Shown piece after piece: positions 36,766 to 47,069 of a stretch of 64,000 bases of DNA. The DNA comes from a virus, in UHGV virus genome UHGV-0212524; one strand, given 5' to 3'. Both the position numbers and the translations under genes were made by a program. Position 1 is the first letter of the stretch; every line of letters starts with the position of its first letter. A model generated the notes under the pieces. It saw nothing but the letters and a program-made list of their open reading frames with translations, was not told where the DNA came from and made no database searches.

Positions 36766-39700
36766 CTAAGTACGATCCCCTAACTGCTTCCCGTTAAGTT
36801 CACGTTTCAGTACAGAAAGTATCCATTTCCACGCTTTACTCGTGATATGGTACGGATTGCGTTTCTCCATTAAGAACTGCTTTTCACCGCTACGCAGTTC
36901 GAAGCTCTGCGCATTAAGCTGATCCTGACGAGTGCTTTGCTCATCAGTCACGTCTAACGAACAGGTAAAGTTAAGCTCGTAACCTTCGGGATTATCACCC
37001 GGCGGGTCTAAGACAATATAGATGTCCTGACCTACACGTAAGTCGGTGGCCGTGATACTAATCGCTTTACCTACGTCAGCACTGGTTGACAGAGCAAACT
37101 CTGCGCTATCAGTAGACGCTAAGAATGGGTCTTTCCCTGCGTCGCCGATAATCACCTTACCTGGCCAGTTACTTTTTATCGTTCCTGACACTTTTGCAAT
37201 TCGGTACTGTTGTTTATCGGCACCTTGTGCAAAACGGAGAATGAGTTTGTGACGATAACGACTTGCAGCAGCCTTAGTCGTACTCCACTCGTTGTTCCAG
37301 GAAGTATGCAGTTCGTTTTTCTTCGCCATCAGCGCACCGCGAGACAGCTTACGATCAAAGAACTGCGCAGGTAACTGCCCATCGTGAGAAACCGCAACGT
37401 TTCCCTGACCAGTTGGCAAGGCAATGCTCTCCGTGGCACGGTATTTTTGACTAATCTCATAAGTCGCAGGGTCAATCACAGACTGACTATAATCAGCGTC
37501 TTTGTTATCAGCCAAATACCCAACGGATGAATCCAAATACGACTCAAACAACGAACGTAAGTAATGATACTTATCAATGTCGATGTTGTTCGTAACCGGA
37601 TCAATCAGTGCGTGGCTAATTGTTACTCGGCATTTCGCGCTCAGTTCTTTAAACGACAACCCTATTCCGTCACCGGTGAAATAATCCACCAAGTCAAACG
37701 GGAATTGAATCTCCAATTGACGTTGTTTAACTGTCGTCGTCCCAAACTGCGAGAACGACAACGCTAAACGTAACACACGCGTACTTACGTTATAACGGTA
37801 ACGAATCATCCCACGAGGTGCATGGTTTGCAGAGATTTTATCTCGGGTGGCACCCCAGCCAATCAAATCGAGAATCGCGGGGTTGGTTTCTTCACCGTTG
37901 AACAACACGTCCTTAAACGTTGCATTCACCGCTGTTTCCCCAGACTCTTCCATTACCAACGGAATGTCAGTAACGTCTGAAACTGAACGGGAACCAATCC
38001 CCAACTTACACGCTTTGTCCGTCAGGTCAATACGTACATAACGACGTTTAACACTCGCCCCTTGCGTTGACGTACATAGCACCAAATCTGGTGCGGCAGT
38101 AAGTGCTTGTGTTCCACCGACGTCGTCAACATCGAATGCAAACGAACCTTCGAACGTCGGTGCGTTGTTTTCTTTCGGGTTAAACGGTGTAAACCAGCAA
38201 TACGGTGTAGCACCTTCAGGCATCACAACGTACTGAAGACTGGACTTCACGTTTTGGTTGTGTGCGTAAGTATAAAGACCGCGACTGACAAGATGGAAAA
38301 CATCACCTGTTCCGGCTGTTAACGCTTTCCTAAAGATACACGCTCTTGGTTCGGCAATAGCACGGTTTAATAACGGCAAACGTGGGTTATCCGTTAACGC
38401 CCAGTCCACAGAACTGAGTCCGTGTGCTTTACGCGTGTCGATGTGTTCACTAACCTCGGCACTTTTCCCGAAATCAAACGTGGTTTCGAACCCTACCGTT
38501 TTATTCGCGTAATTCTCACCAGCAACAATATCAACGTAACCGATATAACCACGTTCAGGATCAACTGCGATGCTCTGAATCGGTTCAGCACGCGAATACA
38601 GAGAGCCTGTGAGCATGTTAACGTACAGATAGTGACGAATCCCTACGTGCGTGGTAACAAACTCCTGGAGAAGCTCTACGCGCGTTTCAGGGCCACTGAA
38701 GTAAACAGGGTAATCCCCATCGTAAACTTCAAACTGTACCGCTGCGGACTTAGCCGTGTCACTACATTCAGCTTTAACCGCAATCGTGTAGTTTTCAACG
38801 TCTGCTGACGTTTCATACACTGCAACGAGTGGAGATTCGCCTGAAGCTGCTAGGTTACCGTTGATATAAACGGTTACCGGTCCGCCCCCTGCGGCATAAA
38901 CCCAGAGCTTCGATTGGTACGCCCTTACACGCGTTTTTGCCAGAACCGTAACGACTGACTGGTCACCCATCTGTGTAGCAGTTTTACCTACCGGGACAGA
39001 CTGGAACCCCATCAACGGCGGTTCTTCAATACCCGTCCAGTTGATTCCCGTACCGTTACTCACCTTACCCGTAGGCCAGGTCAGTTCAAGCTGGTTATTC
39101 GGTGAGAACCAGTTAAACATCGGGGTGGTTTGCAGGTCAATCGCACCAGTAACGGTGCTGTCGCCTTTCGTCCCGTCCAGCAAATAGAAATATTTCAAAT
39201 CCTGAACGGAGATTGACGTACCCTGGCTATTAAAGCGCCAGTCTGCACCTTTCACAGCAGCAAAATCAGTTACCGTGCCTTCTTTCGCGTTTGCAATTGC
39301 AGCAGCCACCACATCTAAACGGGCTGAAAGCTCTTTTAAGATGTTCGGTACCACCGCACGGTTTTCAACTAAGCCGTTCTGGTTAGTTGCGTAACGACCG
39401 ATGCCGTAAATCGACTGCGAGGCTTTATAAATGCCTAACTCTGACCAGTCGTGATGGTGTCCGACGTCTGCTAAACCACTAACCGAAGCATTCAGTGCGG
39501 TTGACAACGGTTTGTCGAGGTCTGCGGTGTTATCCGCTTGCCCTAATCCCAGGTCAGCTTTTGTGATTGTCCTGGAACCGTCGTTCATCGGTTTACCGTT
39601 AATCATGGTCGTTTTAGTCACGTACCCTGATAAGTCGGTTGAATACGGCGTTAATGACGCAGGGGTTGCAGCAACCCCAACCGTTTCTGTGCCTTTACCG

Positions 39701-40950
39701 GTTTTAAGTTTAACAACACCTTTTTCAGCGGTGGTCGCTTTCGTCGGGTCGATAGTCCCCACGATAGGATCGGCACGAGAACCTTTACCGGTAAAACTAA
39801 TCCCGTTACGGCCTTCGATATACACTTTGGAGTCATCAGGATCGCTACCGCCACTCCCGCCAGCATCAGGGTCTTGCTGATACTCCATCAGCGCTGTGGT
39901 GGTCAACAACGGGTTACCGTTCAGAGTGAGTTTGTTCATCCCTAAAGCGTCACCGGTTGACTCGATACGTAAGGTGTTTTTACCCGCACGCCAGTTAATG
40001 TAACGTCCCGCACCTGTGCCTTCCAGATGCCCTACCGCCAATACCACAGAACCGTTGGATTTTAACGTAAAGCCATCATTCGCAAAAATGATTTCGGACT
40101 CACCATTTTTCGAACGGAACTGTGCGCGGTTTCCAGACACCGTACAGTTAAACACGCCCCGTACTTCCGAAGAAATCCAGTGGGAGATATACGTGTCAAT
40201 AACTGACTGTGGTAAACGAAACGCTTTCAGTTCTTCCGTTAACGCTTTTAATTTTAACCCGTACGCCATAAAGGTGTCAGGTGTTTTCAGGTTAACGGGA
40301 TGGGCATTAATTTGTGCGCTCGTGGTTTCGTGCGGGTTCGTCGCGGCGATATGTGCTGGGTAGTTAAACGCTTCGATTTCTTTCCCCAACGCAGCCACTA
40401 GCGCTTTAACTTCGGCTAATTTATCTTTAATTAGCTGGTTAGCATCATCGGTTTTCAGCTCGATATCGTGAATCGCTGACGCTAAATATTTTTTGTTCAG
40501 CAAGTCCGCCCAGGACGTTGCCGCTGGCGTAGCCGGGTATAACGACGGTCTACCGTCTAACAACAGCCAGTCTGCACTGACCGGGTTATTCAAATATTTC
40601 ACCAGCTCGTCGAGCATGTCAACGAACGGGTCGTAGAACGTACCGCCGAGCATTTGCCCTTCAAAGGTTACAATGCCTTTGATGGATGGGTTGATAAGGT
40701 GTACCCCACAATACACGTTGGCTGCTACCGAGTCATCCAGTTCCGTCAGCTGATATTGCAGTTCGTAATCCACCCCACGGCTCAGTGGGGTGGTTGAACC
40801 TGGTTGTCTGACGACTAAGTCTTCAAAGAACGGGCGATGGTCTAAAATCACCACCCGGTCGTTGTTGTTTTCTGACCCGATGATACGCTCCTCTAAGAAG
40901 TGATTCTCGGTTTTCGTCCCCCGAGGATCGTAAGGATACGCTTTCATCAA
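36766..40950 (-). CDS. large tail fibre or tail spike protein (1394 aa)
   Basis: N-terminal HRPFFEDLVV...GVDYELQY anchor motif. Confidence 0.7.
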   Translation of the reverse strand: MMKAYPYDPRGTKTENHFLEERIIGSENNNDRVVILDHRPFFEDLVVRQPGSTTPLSRGVDYELQYQLTELDDSVAANVYCGVHLINPSIKGIVTFEGQMLGGTFYDPFVDMLDELVKYLNNPVSADWLLLDGRPSLYPATPAATSWADLLNKKYLASAIHDIELKTDDANQLIKDKLAEVKALVAALGKEIEAFNYPAHIAATNPHETTSAQINAHPVNLKTPDTFMAYGLKLKALTEELKAFRLPQSVIDTYISHWISSEVRGVFNCTVSGNRAQFRSKNGESEIIFANDGFTLKSNGSVVLAVGHLEGTGAGRYINWRAGKNTLRIESTGDALGMNKLTLNGNPLLTTTALMEYQQDPDAGGSGGSDPDDSKVYIEGRNGISFTGKGSRADPIVGTIDPTKATTAEKGVVKLKTGKGTETVGVAATPASLTPYSTDLSGYVTKTTMINGKPMNDGSRTITKADLGLGQADNTADLDKPLSTALNASVSGLADVGHHHDWSELGIYKASQSIYGIGRYATNQNGLVENRAVVPNILKELSARLDVVAAAIANAKEGTVTDFAAVKGADWRFNSQGTSISVQDLKYFYLLDGTKGDSTVTGAIDLQTTPMFNWFSPNNQLELTWPTGKVSNGTGINWTGIEEPPLMGFQSVPVGKTATQMGDQSVVTVLAKTRVRAYQSKLWVYAAGGGPVTVYINGNLAASGESPLVAVYETSADVENYTIAVKAECSDTAKSAAVQFEVYDGDYPVYFSGPETRVELLQEFVTTHVGIRHYLYVNMLTGSLYSRAEPIQSIAVDPERGYIGYVDIVAGENYANKTVGFETTFDFGKSAEVSEHIDTRKAHGLSSVDWALTDNPRLPLLNRAIAEPRACIFRKALTAGTGDVFHLVSRGLYTYAHNQNVKSSLQYVVMPEGATPYCWFTPFNPKENNAPTFEGSFAFDVDDVGGTQALTAAPDLVLCTSTQGASVKRRYVRIDLTDKACKLGIGSRSVSDVTDIPLVMEESGETAVNATFKDVLFNGEETNPAILDLIGWGATRDKISANHAPRGMIRYRYNVSTRVLRLALSFSQFGTTTVKQRQLEIQFPFDLVDYFTGDGIGLSFKELSAKCRVTISHALIDPVTNNIDIDKYHYLRSLFESYLDSSVGYLADNKDADYSQSVIDPATYEISQKYRATESIALPTGQGNVAVSHDGQLPAQFFDRKLSRGALMAKKNELHTSWNNEWSTTKAAASRYRHKLILRFAQGADKQQYRIAKVSGTIKSNWPGKVIIGDAGKDPFLASTDSAEFALSTSADVGKAISITATDLRVGQDIYIVLDPPGDNPEGYELNFTCSLDVTDEQSTRQDQLNAQSFELRSGEKQFLMEKRNPYHITSKAWKWILSVLKRELNGKQLGDRT

Positions 40951-40960
40951 AAAATTCTCC

Positions 40961-43900
40961 TTAATCGCGAATGATTACCGCCTGCACTTTATTGTTGGTG
41001 TCGATAAACGACATTACGCGCTCCTTGTTAAGATAAGGAGGTATCGGTAACGCAGCGTAATCCGCCAGGCTGTTATTAAACTCGGTTGCCACTAGCGCAT
41101 TAAGCGTTTCAGGGTCTGAGCTTGTCCCGGCCAATTCCATGACGCGTACACGATTTAACGAGGAGTAGTTGCTGATATAATCCAACAGCGTACCGTAGAG
41201 TTTGTTCCCGGTTATGCTGTCTGTCGTAGAACGGATATTAGCACGCACTTCGTCCTCATAAAGTCCCCCTAAACCGTAGTAAATAGGGGTGTACGGATCG
41301 TTAACGATAGGCGCGAGGTTGAACCCAGTTAAACGGTCGGTCAGCGAGATTTTCTGCGTAGTACCACCTGCCGCCGTACAGCTTACGTATTTATCTGCCG
41401 CAGACAAATACACCACAATAGTGTAAACAGTACCTGCTAAGGTCAGCGTTGCGTTAAACGTTAATTCGTTATTCGCACCACGCGTGTGGGTAAATGATAC
41501 GTCAGGATGTAACGTACTCCACGGTGCTGGGGTAACGCGTTTGGTCGGCGTGAAACCTAACACCACGGATTTCCCGTTACCGAAGTTTAAACCAAACCCG
41601 GCGTAACAATACTCACCGTTACTGTCGGTTAAACGATAACCACGGGTGATAAGTAACGACAACCGCATAAACTCGTCTTCGGTATTTTTCCAGCAAGCCA
41701 GGATGGTTTCTAGCACCGTTCCGGTTTTTGCGTTGCTTTCGGTTTCCCAACTGACTCGCATCCCCGCATTGTTAAATACCGGGAACAGGTTGTGGATAAA
41801 CCCGTGAACGTTATCACTTACCCCTTTTGCATCAAACACCCACTTCGACGCAAGCTGGTCGTATTTCACACCATCGAGTGCTTTATATCCACCGCCAACC
41901 ACATAACGCCAGTCTGCTTCGCCACGCACAACCGCTTGAAGTCCAGAAGCCCAGCAGGGCGCACCTACTGTTAAATTGCTTAACCCCAGCACTGCACGTG
42001 AAGCAGAACGCTGAATGTGTGCGTTATCATTGGCGACGTGGTCTTTCAGCTCACGGAAATCGCCTAACCGTGTCACGTTACGTAGTTCAGTAACGAACAC
42101 TTCAGAAAGGTCGTTAATACCGATTAGACCCACGCGCGTCATGGTATCCGTTTCAGCCTGACTGTAGCTGTCGTGAATAATGTACTTCGCTTTGTTATCG
42201 ACAATGTCAACAAAAATCCCTGCGTAAATTTCCTTATTCAGATTCGGGAAACGTTCAGTGACGTTAACCGACATCAACGGCACGTCGTACGTTTCGCCGC
42301 CAACGAAATACGTGGAAGCAGGAAGTGTCACTAGGATTTTGTCTTTAACCGTAACGTCAATTAGGTCGTTACCGGACTTACCAAAGCGAATAATGTCAAC
42401 GCGCGCACCCGAGTCAACCCCGCCGACGGTATTCTCCAAATCTTCAATCTGGGAAGTCTGCGCCATCACCACACTACCGTCGAGCGCTAAAGTGGCATCA
42501 TCCACTTCCAGACCGAATTTAATCAGGCCCCGTTTCGTGGTGTCTGCGTTCGCAACACCGAATACGGAAGACGGGTGTTGGTGAACCTTCGGTGAGTATT
42601 TGTCCAGCTCGGTCTGCTGTGCAACAGAAATCGGTAAGTCAACGTCCGGGGTATTCGCAACGTTACCTAAACCAAAGGTAATTTTGTCGATAGTAACCGA
42701 ACTGGTAAGCTGCATGTCGTTGATGTACGACTTGGCGGCAACTAACTTACCGGTAAACTCTGCGTCCAGTTTTTCAATTAACGCAGGGGTTGCTGCGAGG
42801 TTTTCAGCCGTACCGAATTCGTCCGTTAACTGCCAACACGCTAACGTAGTAACGTCTTCGGCAACCGGAAGAATAAACGTTGCGACAAACGGCGACGCTT
42901 TAATCCCGCTACCCGTAAGTTCCACTGTAGCTGTAGTTGCACCGTAGAATAATCCCGTACCGCCTGCGGTATTGCCCGGCAAATACGGCGCTACCGTAGT
43001 GGGGTCTAAGAGTTTCTTACCGCGCCACAGTAATCCACGGTCATCAGGATATAGCACAAGCTGGTTATCTCCCGCTTGCAACGTTACCGGGTTGTTACCC
43101 ACGTTAACGTCAGTAGAACCTTGACCGATGAACTTAATGGATTTCGGATCAACGACAAACTGAGCACCTAAACGTCTCTCGTCAACAACGCCAGGTGCTT
43201 TCTTAATGGTAACCGTGTTACCTTTGTTTTGCGAACTAATATTGACGCCGTCAGCAACATTATTGATCAGCGATTTAAAGTGGTGCTGATTCTCTAATGC
43301 TTCTAACGCAGCGTCCATGTTATTGAAGTTAATCCGACCGCTATACGTTTTACTGTTTACGGTAATAACGACGTCAAACACATTCCCTGTACGCTTCAGT
43401 TGAAAACGTAGCGTAAAATCCCCATCCGGTATTGCCGGATTAGGAGCTTGCGAAATATACCGAACTGCCGGTACAGGACTACCGTAACCGTGCAACGCCA
43501 GTTCGATAGTAAGAGTACCGGACCAGACTTCACCGGTAATCTCTACGTACTTACCGGAGTTACTACCGGGATTTTCGTAGAAACGAAAACCAACCCTACC
43601 GACCGCTTCATTACCAGACGCTGTTTTACGTCCGGTAACAATAAAGTCAATATCTTGCAGGTTGGCAGGTACCGCATTAAAGTTAGCACTGAAACCGCTT
43701 TTCGTTCCTGTATAACGAAGCGCACCGTGATATCTGTGGCCACTACTAACATAGCTTTCACTAAAATAAGGACTCACGTACTTCGACATCGACACTGGGT
43801 CGACTTCAGTAGTAAATGACGTAAAGCCGGGGAGCGTTGTAATCGTGCCGTTAACGTTCTTGCTCGCTGATTCACGAAGCAGTTTTTTCTGGGCGGTTAA

Positions 43901-45283
43901 CGTTGCCTGCGTTGGGTACTTAGCGTTTACGTAATCGGTTAATTGCTCCTTAGTTTTCCCGTAGGCTAATGCTGCGTCGGATGCAATGCCGTTTAATTCT
44001 AACGCACGAATCGGACCCCAGGTGTCAGCGTGTGGGTTATCCTTACGGGTGACGTGTTCGTGCGCAGGCGCGTTGCGATAGAGCTGTTCTACTAACTGAT
44101 GGTACTTAACGATTAACTGATAAACGTCGTTACTTACGTCTGCTTCTGGCGCACCAGGTAACGCAAGGAATTGAGCATAATCGTTCTCAGCCGCCCACCA
44201 GTTTAAGTTAACGTTGGTTTTGTACTTCAGCCACTTCGCAACATCCGTTTTGGTGTAACCTGCTGAGAATTCGTCTGGCGGTGTGTCAACGTTAAAGGTG
44301 TAGTCCATGGACTGTTTGTTAGTCGTCACCTCGATAACGTATACACCGTTACCCGGTTGACGAACAACGCTAAACGTTAATTCGCCTTTTAATTCATCGT
44401 CGGTCAAACCGTTGATTAACGTATAATCATAATCGGTCGAACCACTGCCTAACGCAACTGTCAGTCGTAGGCTGATTTTACGTTGTTTTAATTGGAGACG
44501 AAGGATACTTGCGCCACCGTTCGCGTAGCACAACATCCAATCGATTTGTTCGTTCGGATTAATACTCCCCATATTCGGAAAAATAGCCGGAATACGGTAT
44601 TTCATCGACAGGGAATATTCATTTAACGTGGTGGTTTTGTACGTAACGGAGAAACGGCGTTTAGCGGTATTGTAAGTATACCCACCTTTGTTGTCGTACG
44701 TTGCGTACTGTTCAGACGTGATAACCGTACCATTAGCACGATGCTCGATATCTAACGTGTTACGTGCAATCGGGTCTACCCGATTCACCACGTTACCTAA
44801 CGAATCACCTAAGCCTGCAATGGCCTGCATTAATTCCAGTTCACCTTTCCAGTTTTCCCAGTCGAACTGAATATCGACCGGTGGAAAGTAAACTTCGCCG
44901 ATAACGGTATCCCATTGACACGCAGACGGGTATTTATCTTTATTGAGTTCGCGTTCTGCGGTAATCTGTTCTTGGGTCGCTTCACCACAACCTACGGCGT
45001 GGTAATCTACCGTGAAATTCGATTTGTATTTGTCATTAACAATCCAAATCATCCCGTGCACGAGATAGGCTGTGCGCAACATACCGGTCTCGTACGGGTG
45101 TGTAATAACGTAATCGTCGCCTAAGGTCAGTATTTTGCCGCCGCTCTTGACCACCAGGGATGTGGTGAAAAAAGGGGCGTGGGCAGGTACCAACATTCGG
45201 TACTTCGTACCAATGACGGCGACCGCTTCACCGGTTATTTTATTCCCCGGTTCTTTGAAGTGTGGGTCTAGGACGACAGCCAT
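40961..45283 (-). CDS. large tail fibre or tail spike protein (1440 aa)
   Basis: N-terminal HAPFFTTSLVV...GDDYVITHPY anchor motif. Confidence 0.7.
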   Translation of the reverse strand: MAVVLDPHFKEPGNKITGEAVAVIGTKYRMLVPAHAPFFTTSLVVKSGGKILTLGDDYVITHPYETGMLRTAYLVHGMIWIVNDKYKSNFTVDYHAVGCGEATQEQITAERELNKDKYPSACQWDTVIGEVYFPPVDIQFDWENWKGELELMQAIAGLGDSLGNVVNRVDPIARNTLDIEHRANGTVITSEQYATYDNKGGYTYNTAKRRFSVTYKTTTLNEYSLSMKYRIPAIFPNMGSINPNEQIDWMLCYANGGASILRLQLKQRKISLRLTVALGSGSTDYDYTLINGLTDDELKGELTFSVVRQPGNGVYVIEVTTNKQSMDYTFNVDTPPDEFSAGYTKTDVAKWLKYKTNVNLNWWAAENDYAQFLALPGAPEADVSNDVYQLIVKYHQLVEQLYRNAPAHEHVTRKDNPHADTWGPIRALELNGIASDAALAYGKTKEQLTDYVNAKYPTQATLTAQKKLLRESASKNVNGTITTLPGFTSFTTEVDPVSMSKYVSPYFSESYVSSGHRYHGALRYTGTKSGFSANFNAVPANLQDIDFIVTGRKTASGNEAVGRVGFRFYENPGSNSGKYVEITGEVWSGTLTIELALHGYGSPVPAVRYISQAPNPAIPDGDFTLRFQLKRTGNVFDVVITVNSKTYSGRINFNNMDAALEALENQHHFKSLINNVADGVNISSQNKGNTVTIKKAPGVVDERRLGAQFVVDPKSIKFIGQGSTDVNVGNNPVTLQAGDNQLVLYPDDRGLLWRGKKLLDPTTVAPYLPGNTAGGTGLFYGATTATVELTGSGIKASPFVATFILPVAEDVTTLACWQLTDEFGTAENLAATPALIEKLDAEFTGKLVAAKSYINDMQLTSSVTIDKITFGLGNVANTPDVDLPISVAQQTELDKYSPKVHQHPSSVFGVANADTTKRGLIKFGLEVDDATLALDGSVVMAQTSQIEDLENTVGGVDSGARVDIIRFGKSGNDLIDVTVKDKILVTLPASTYFVGGETYDVPLMSVNVTERFPNLNKEIYAGIFVDIVDNKAKYIIHDSYSQAETDTMTRVGLIGINDLSEVFVTELRNVTRLGDFRELKDHVANDNAHIQRSASRAVLGLSNLTVGAPCWASGLQAVVRGEADWRYVVGGGYKALDGVKYDQLASKWVFDAKGVSDNVHGFIHNLFPVFNNAGMRVSWETESNAKTGTVLETILACWKNTEDEFMRLSLLITRGYRLTDSNGEYCYAGFGLNFGNGKSVVLGFTPTKRVTPAPWSTLHPDVSFTHTRGANNELTFNATLTLAGTVYTIVVYLSAADKYVSCTAAGGTTQKISLTDRLTGFNLAPIVNDPYTPIYYGLGGLYEDEVRANIRSTTDSITGNKLYGTLLDYISNYSSLNRVRVMELAGTSSDPETLNALVATEFNNSLADYAALPIPPYLNKERVMSFIDTNNKVQAVIIRD

Positions 45284-45350
45284 TATCTACTCCTATAGTC
45301 CGTGGGCGTCGAGTTCATACTATGACTTGAATCTATTGAGGAAAAGAGCT

Positions 45351-46613
45351 GTGACTACTGCTTATCAAGTGCGGCCTGACAGCGCTTTTGGCTTCTCTCG
45401 AGAGACCCGTACCTGGGGAGCCATCGACGTCACGCAACCCTTAGAAACCTTGTGTTCTGATTACCATATTTTCGAAGTCGGTCTGAGTGCGCTTGGTAAA
45501 GACTATACGTTAATTAGCCAATATCACCTCGCTGACTTACAAAACCGTACCGATACGTTACAAGACTGGCTGAATGAAAAAGCCGGTGTGGTTATCTCTG
45601 CGTTGAAAGACGGTTTACCGACGTTAGAGTTTGATTGGGCACACTACCAATCGATTAATGCCGATGTTCCAGTAGAAACCTACCTGTGTCCTCCCGGTTA
45701 CCATTACAGTCAAGATTTCAGTATAGACGATGCTGACGACGTTGTGATTGTTTGCGAAGATAAATGGAAAGACAAATACCGTAACGGGGTGTTGTACAAC
45801 ATCAACGGTCAATGGGTACCACATCAGTCGGATACAGTTGGTGTACGTTTACCGGGCGCGGGTAAGATAGTACGTCGTGCAGGGACACCGGATATCGGCT
45901 GCATGGTCTTTAGTAAATTGGGGAATGTTAAAACGTACCCCATTGCTAACTTGACCCTAAACAAACTCGACACCACCCGTGACTATTATTCCACGTTAAT
46001 GATTTCTTTACCGGAATCTATTACGGGTAAAACCGTGGGGTTTGTTATCGGGGGTCTGATACACTGGTTACCGGTTACTGGGTACTTCTCCGACAAAGCC
46101 ATTATGGTCTCGTTACCGAACTTTGACGTTGCGCGTACTGTGTTAGAAACCCGACGTTATTACGACTGGGATAGCATCGGTGTTGGCGATCTGTCATCCC
46201 CGACCAGCGTACAGCGTATCCGCAACCCAGAAACATTAAAGGCGCTTTTAACCCACGAGTCGTCGTTTATCTTTACGGTGGATAATCCGTATCTGGAAGA
46301 AGAAGTTGTGGGGGTTTCTCACAACGCTATCTGGGGACGTTTATACCTTAAAGATCCTAATGACCCTGATGGGGAAAAACAGCTGGGCTATCTGTTAAAC
46401 CGCTTCGGTAAAACCGTTGCTTATTGGCCGACGTGGGAAGAAGGGGAATGGGTATTTAACACCACGGAATTCGACAGTCAAAACTACGTGTTCCGTGAGG
46501 CCCGTTGGTATAACCAGAAGAAAATTAACGATGCACAGGCAATCGTAGGACCTTTCGGTCCCTGGGAAAAAGTCTATTTGGAAATGCATCGTTTCCGTGC
46601 AAGAAAAAAATAA
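45351..46613 (+). CDS. hypothetical protein (about 420 aa; start uncertain)
   Basis: Track ORF begins at 45135 but that would overlap the divergent fibre gene start; the in-frame GTG at 45351 has the RBS gaggaaaag upstream. Confidence 0.45.
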   Translation: MTTAYQVRPDSAFGFSRETRTWGAIDVTQPLETLCSDYHIFEVGLSALGKDYTLISQYHLADLQNRTDTLQDWLNEKAGVVISALKDGLPTLEFDWAHYQSINADVPVETYLCPPGYHYSQDFSIDDADDVVIVCEDKWKDKYRNGVLYNINGQWVPHQSDTVGVRLPGAGKIVRRAGTPDIGCMVFSKLGNVKTYPIANLTLNKLDTTRDYYSTLMISLPESITGKTVGFVIGGLIHWLPVTGYFSDKAIMVSLPNFDVARTVLETRRYYDWDSIGVGDLSSPTSVQRIRNPETLKALLTHESSFIFTVDNPYLEEEVVGVSHNAIWGRLYLKDPNDPDGEKQLGYLLNRFGKTVAYWPTWEEGEWVFNTTEFDSQNYVFREARWYNQKKINDAQAIVGPFGPWEKVYLEMHRFRARKK

Positions 46614-46618
46614 GTAAC

Positions 46619-46657
46619 CTCCTACCCTCTAAGAGGGTAGGAGTAGCACGTTTTTTT
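46619..46657. terminator. putative terminator between convergent genes
   Basis: cctcctaccctc taaga gggtaggag, then a T7 run. Confidence 0.5.
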
Positions 46658-46660
46658 CAC

Positions 46661-46870
46661 TTAGTCTTTTTTGTAGACAATCGCGTTACCGTGCAGTTTG
46701 TTGTTACCGGAAATACCGATAACTTTAAACGCTTCACCGCCGATCTTTTCAGCTTCGACAGCCAGCTTAGCAGTAACGTCGTCTACGGTATCACCGAAAG
46801 CGCTTACGTTACCAATTTTCTTGAACTCTTCAGGAATGTGTTCAGCAGAAGAGAATTCTTTAATAGCCAT
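46661..46870 (-). CDS. DUF1471 (YdgH/BhsA/McbA-like) domain protein lacking a signal peptide (69 aa)
   Basis: KIGNVSAFGDTVDDVTAKLAVEAEKIGGEAFKVIGISGNNKLHGNAIVYK closely resembles the enterobacterial BhsA-type domain (recalled: ...GTISA...L..KA.E.GA..FRI.S..G.N.LHGTA.IYK) but has no N-terminal signal sequence. Confidence 0.6.
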   Translation of the reverse strand: MAIKEFSSAEHIPEEFKKIGNVSAFGDTVDDVTAKLAVEAEKIGGEAFKVIGISGNNKLHGNAIVYKKD

Positions 46871-47069
46871 AGCTACTCTCCAGTTAAAGAAAGGAAGGAC
46901 TGTATCGTGTTACAACCAAAGCATAAGATAGCTCCTCCCCGAAGGGAGGAGTGAGTGCGCGAAAAAAGTGGCCTGCTTAACTAAACGATGAGGTTTAAGA
47001 AAAGTGTTGATAAGAAGCTTACCAACGTCAGGTCACAATATATAATACCAGCGTAAGAAAAAGGGGAAA

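Noticed and set aside
31604-45124. Many 60-130-aa ORFs on the strand opposite the large fibre genes (for example 32374..32628, 38422..38808, 42600..42947)
   Set aside because: Embedded antisense within long, well-supported fibre ORFs; no RBS or conservation evidence.
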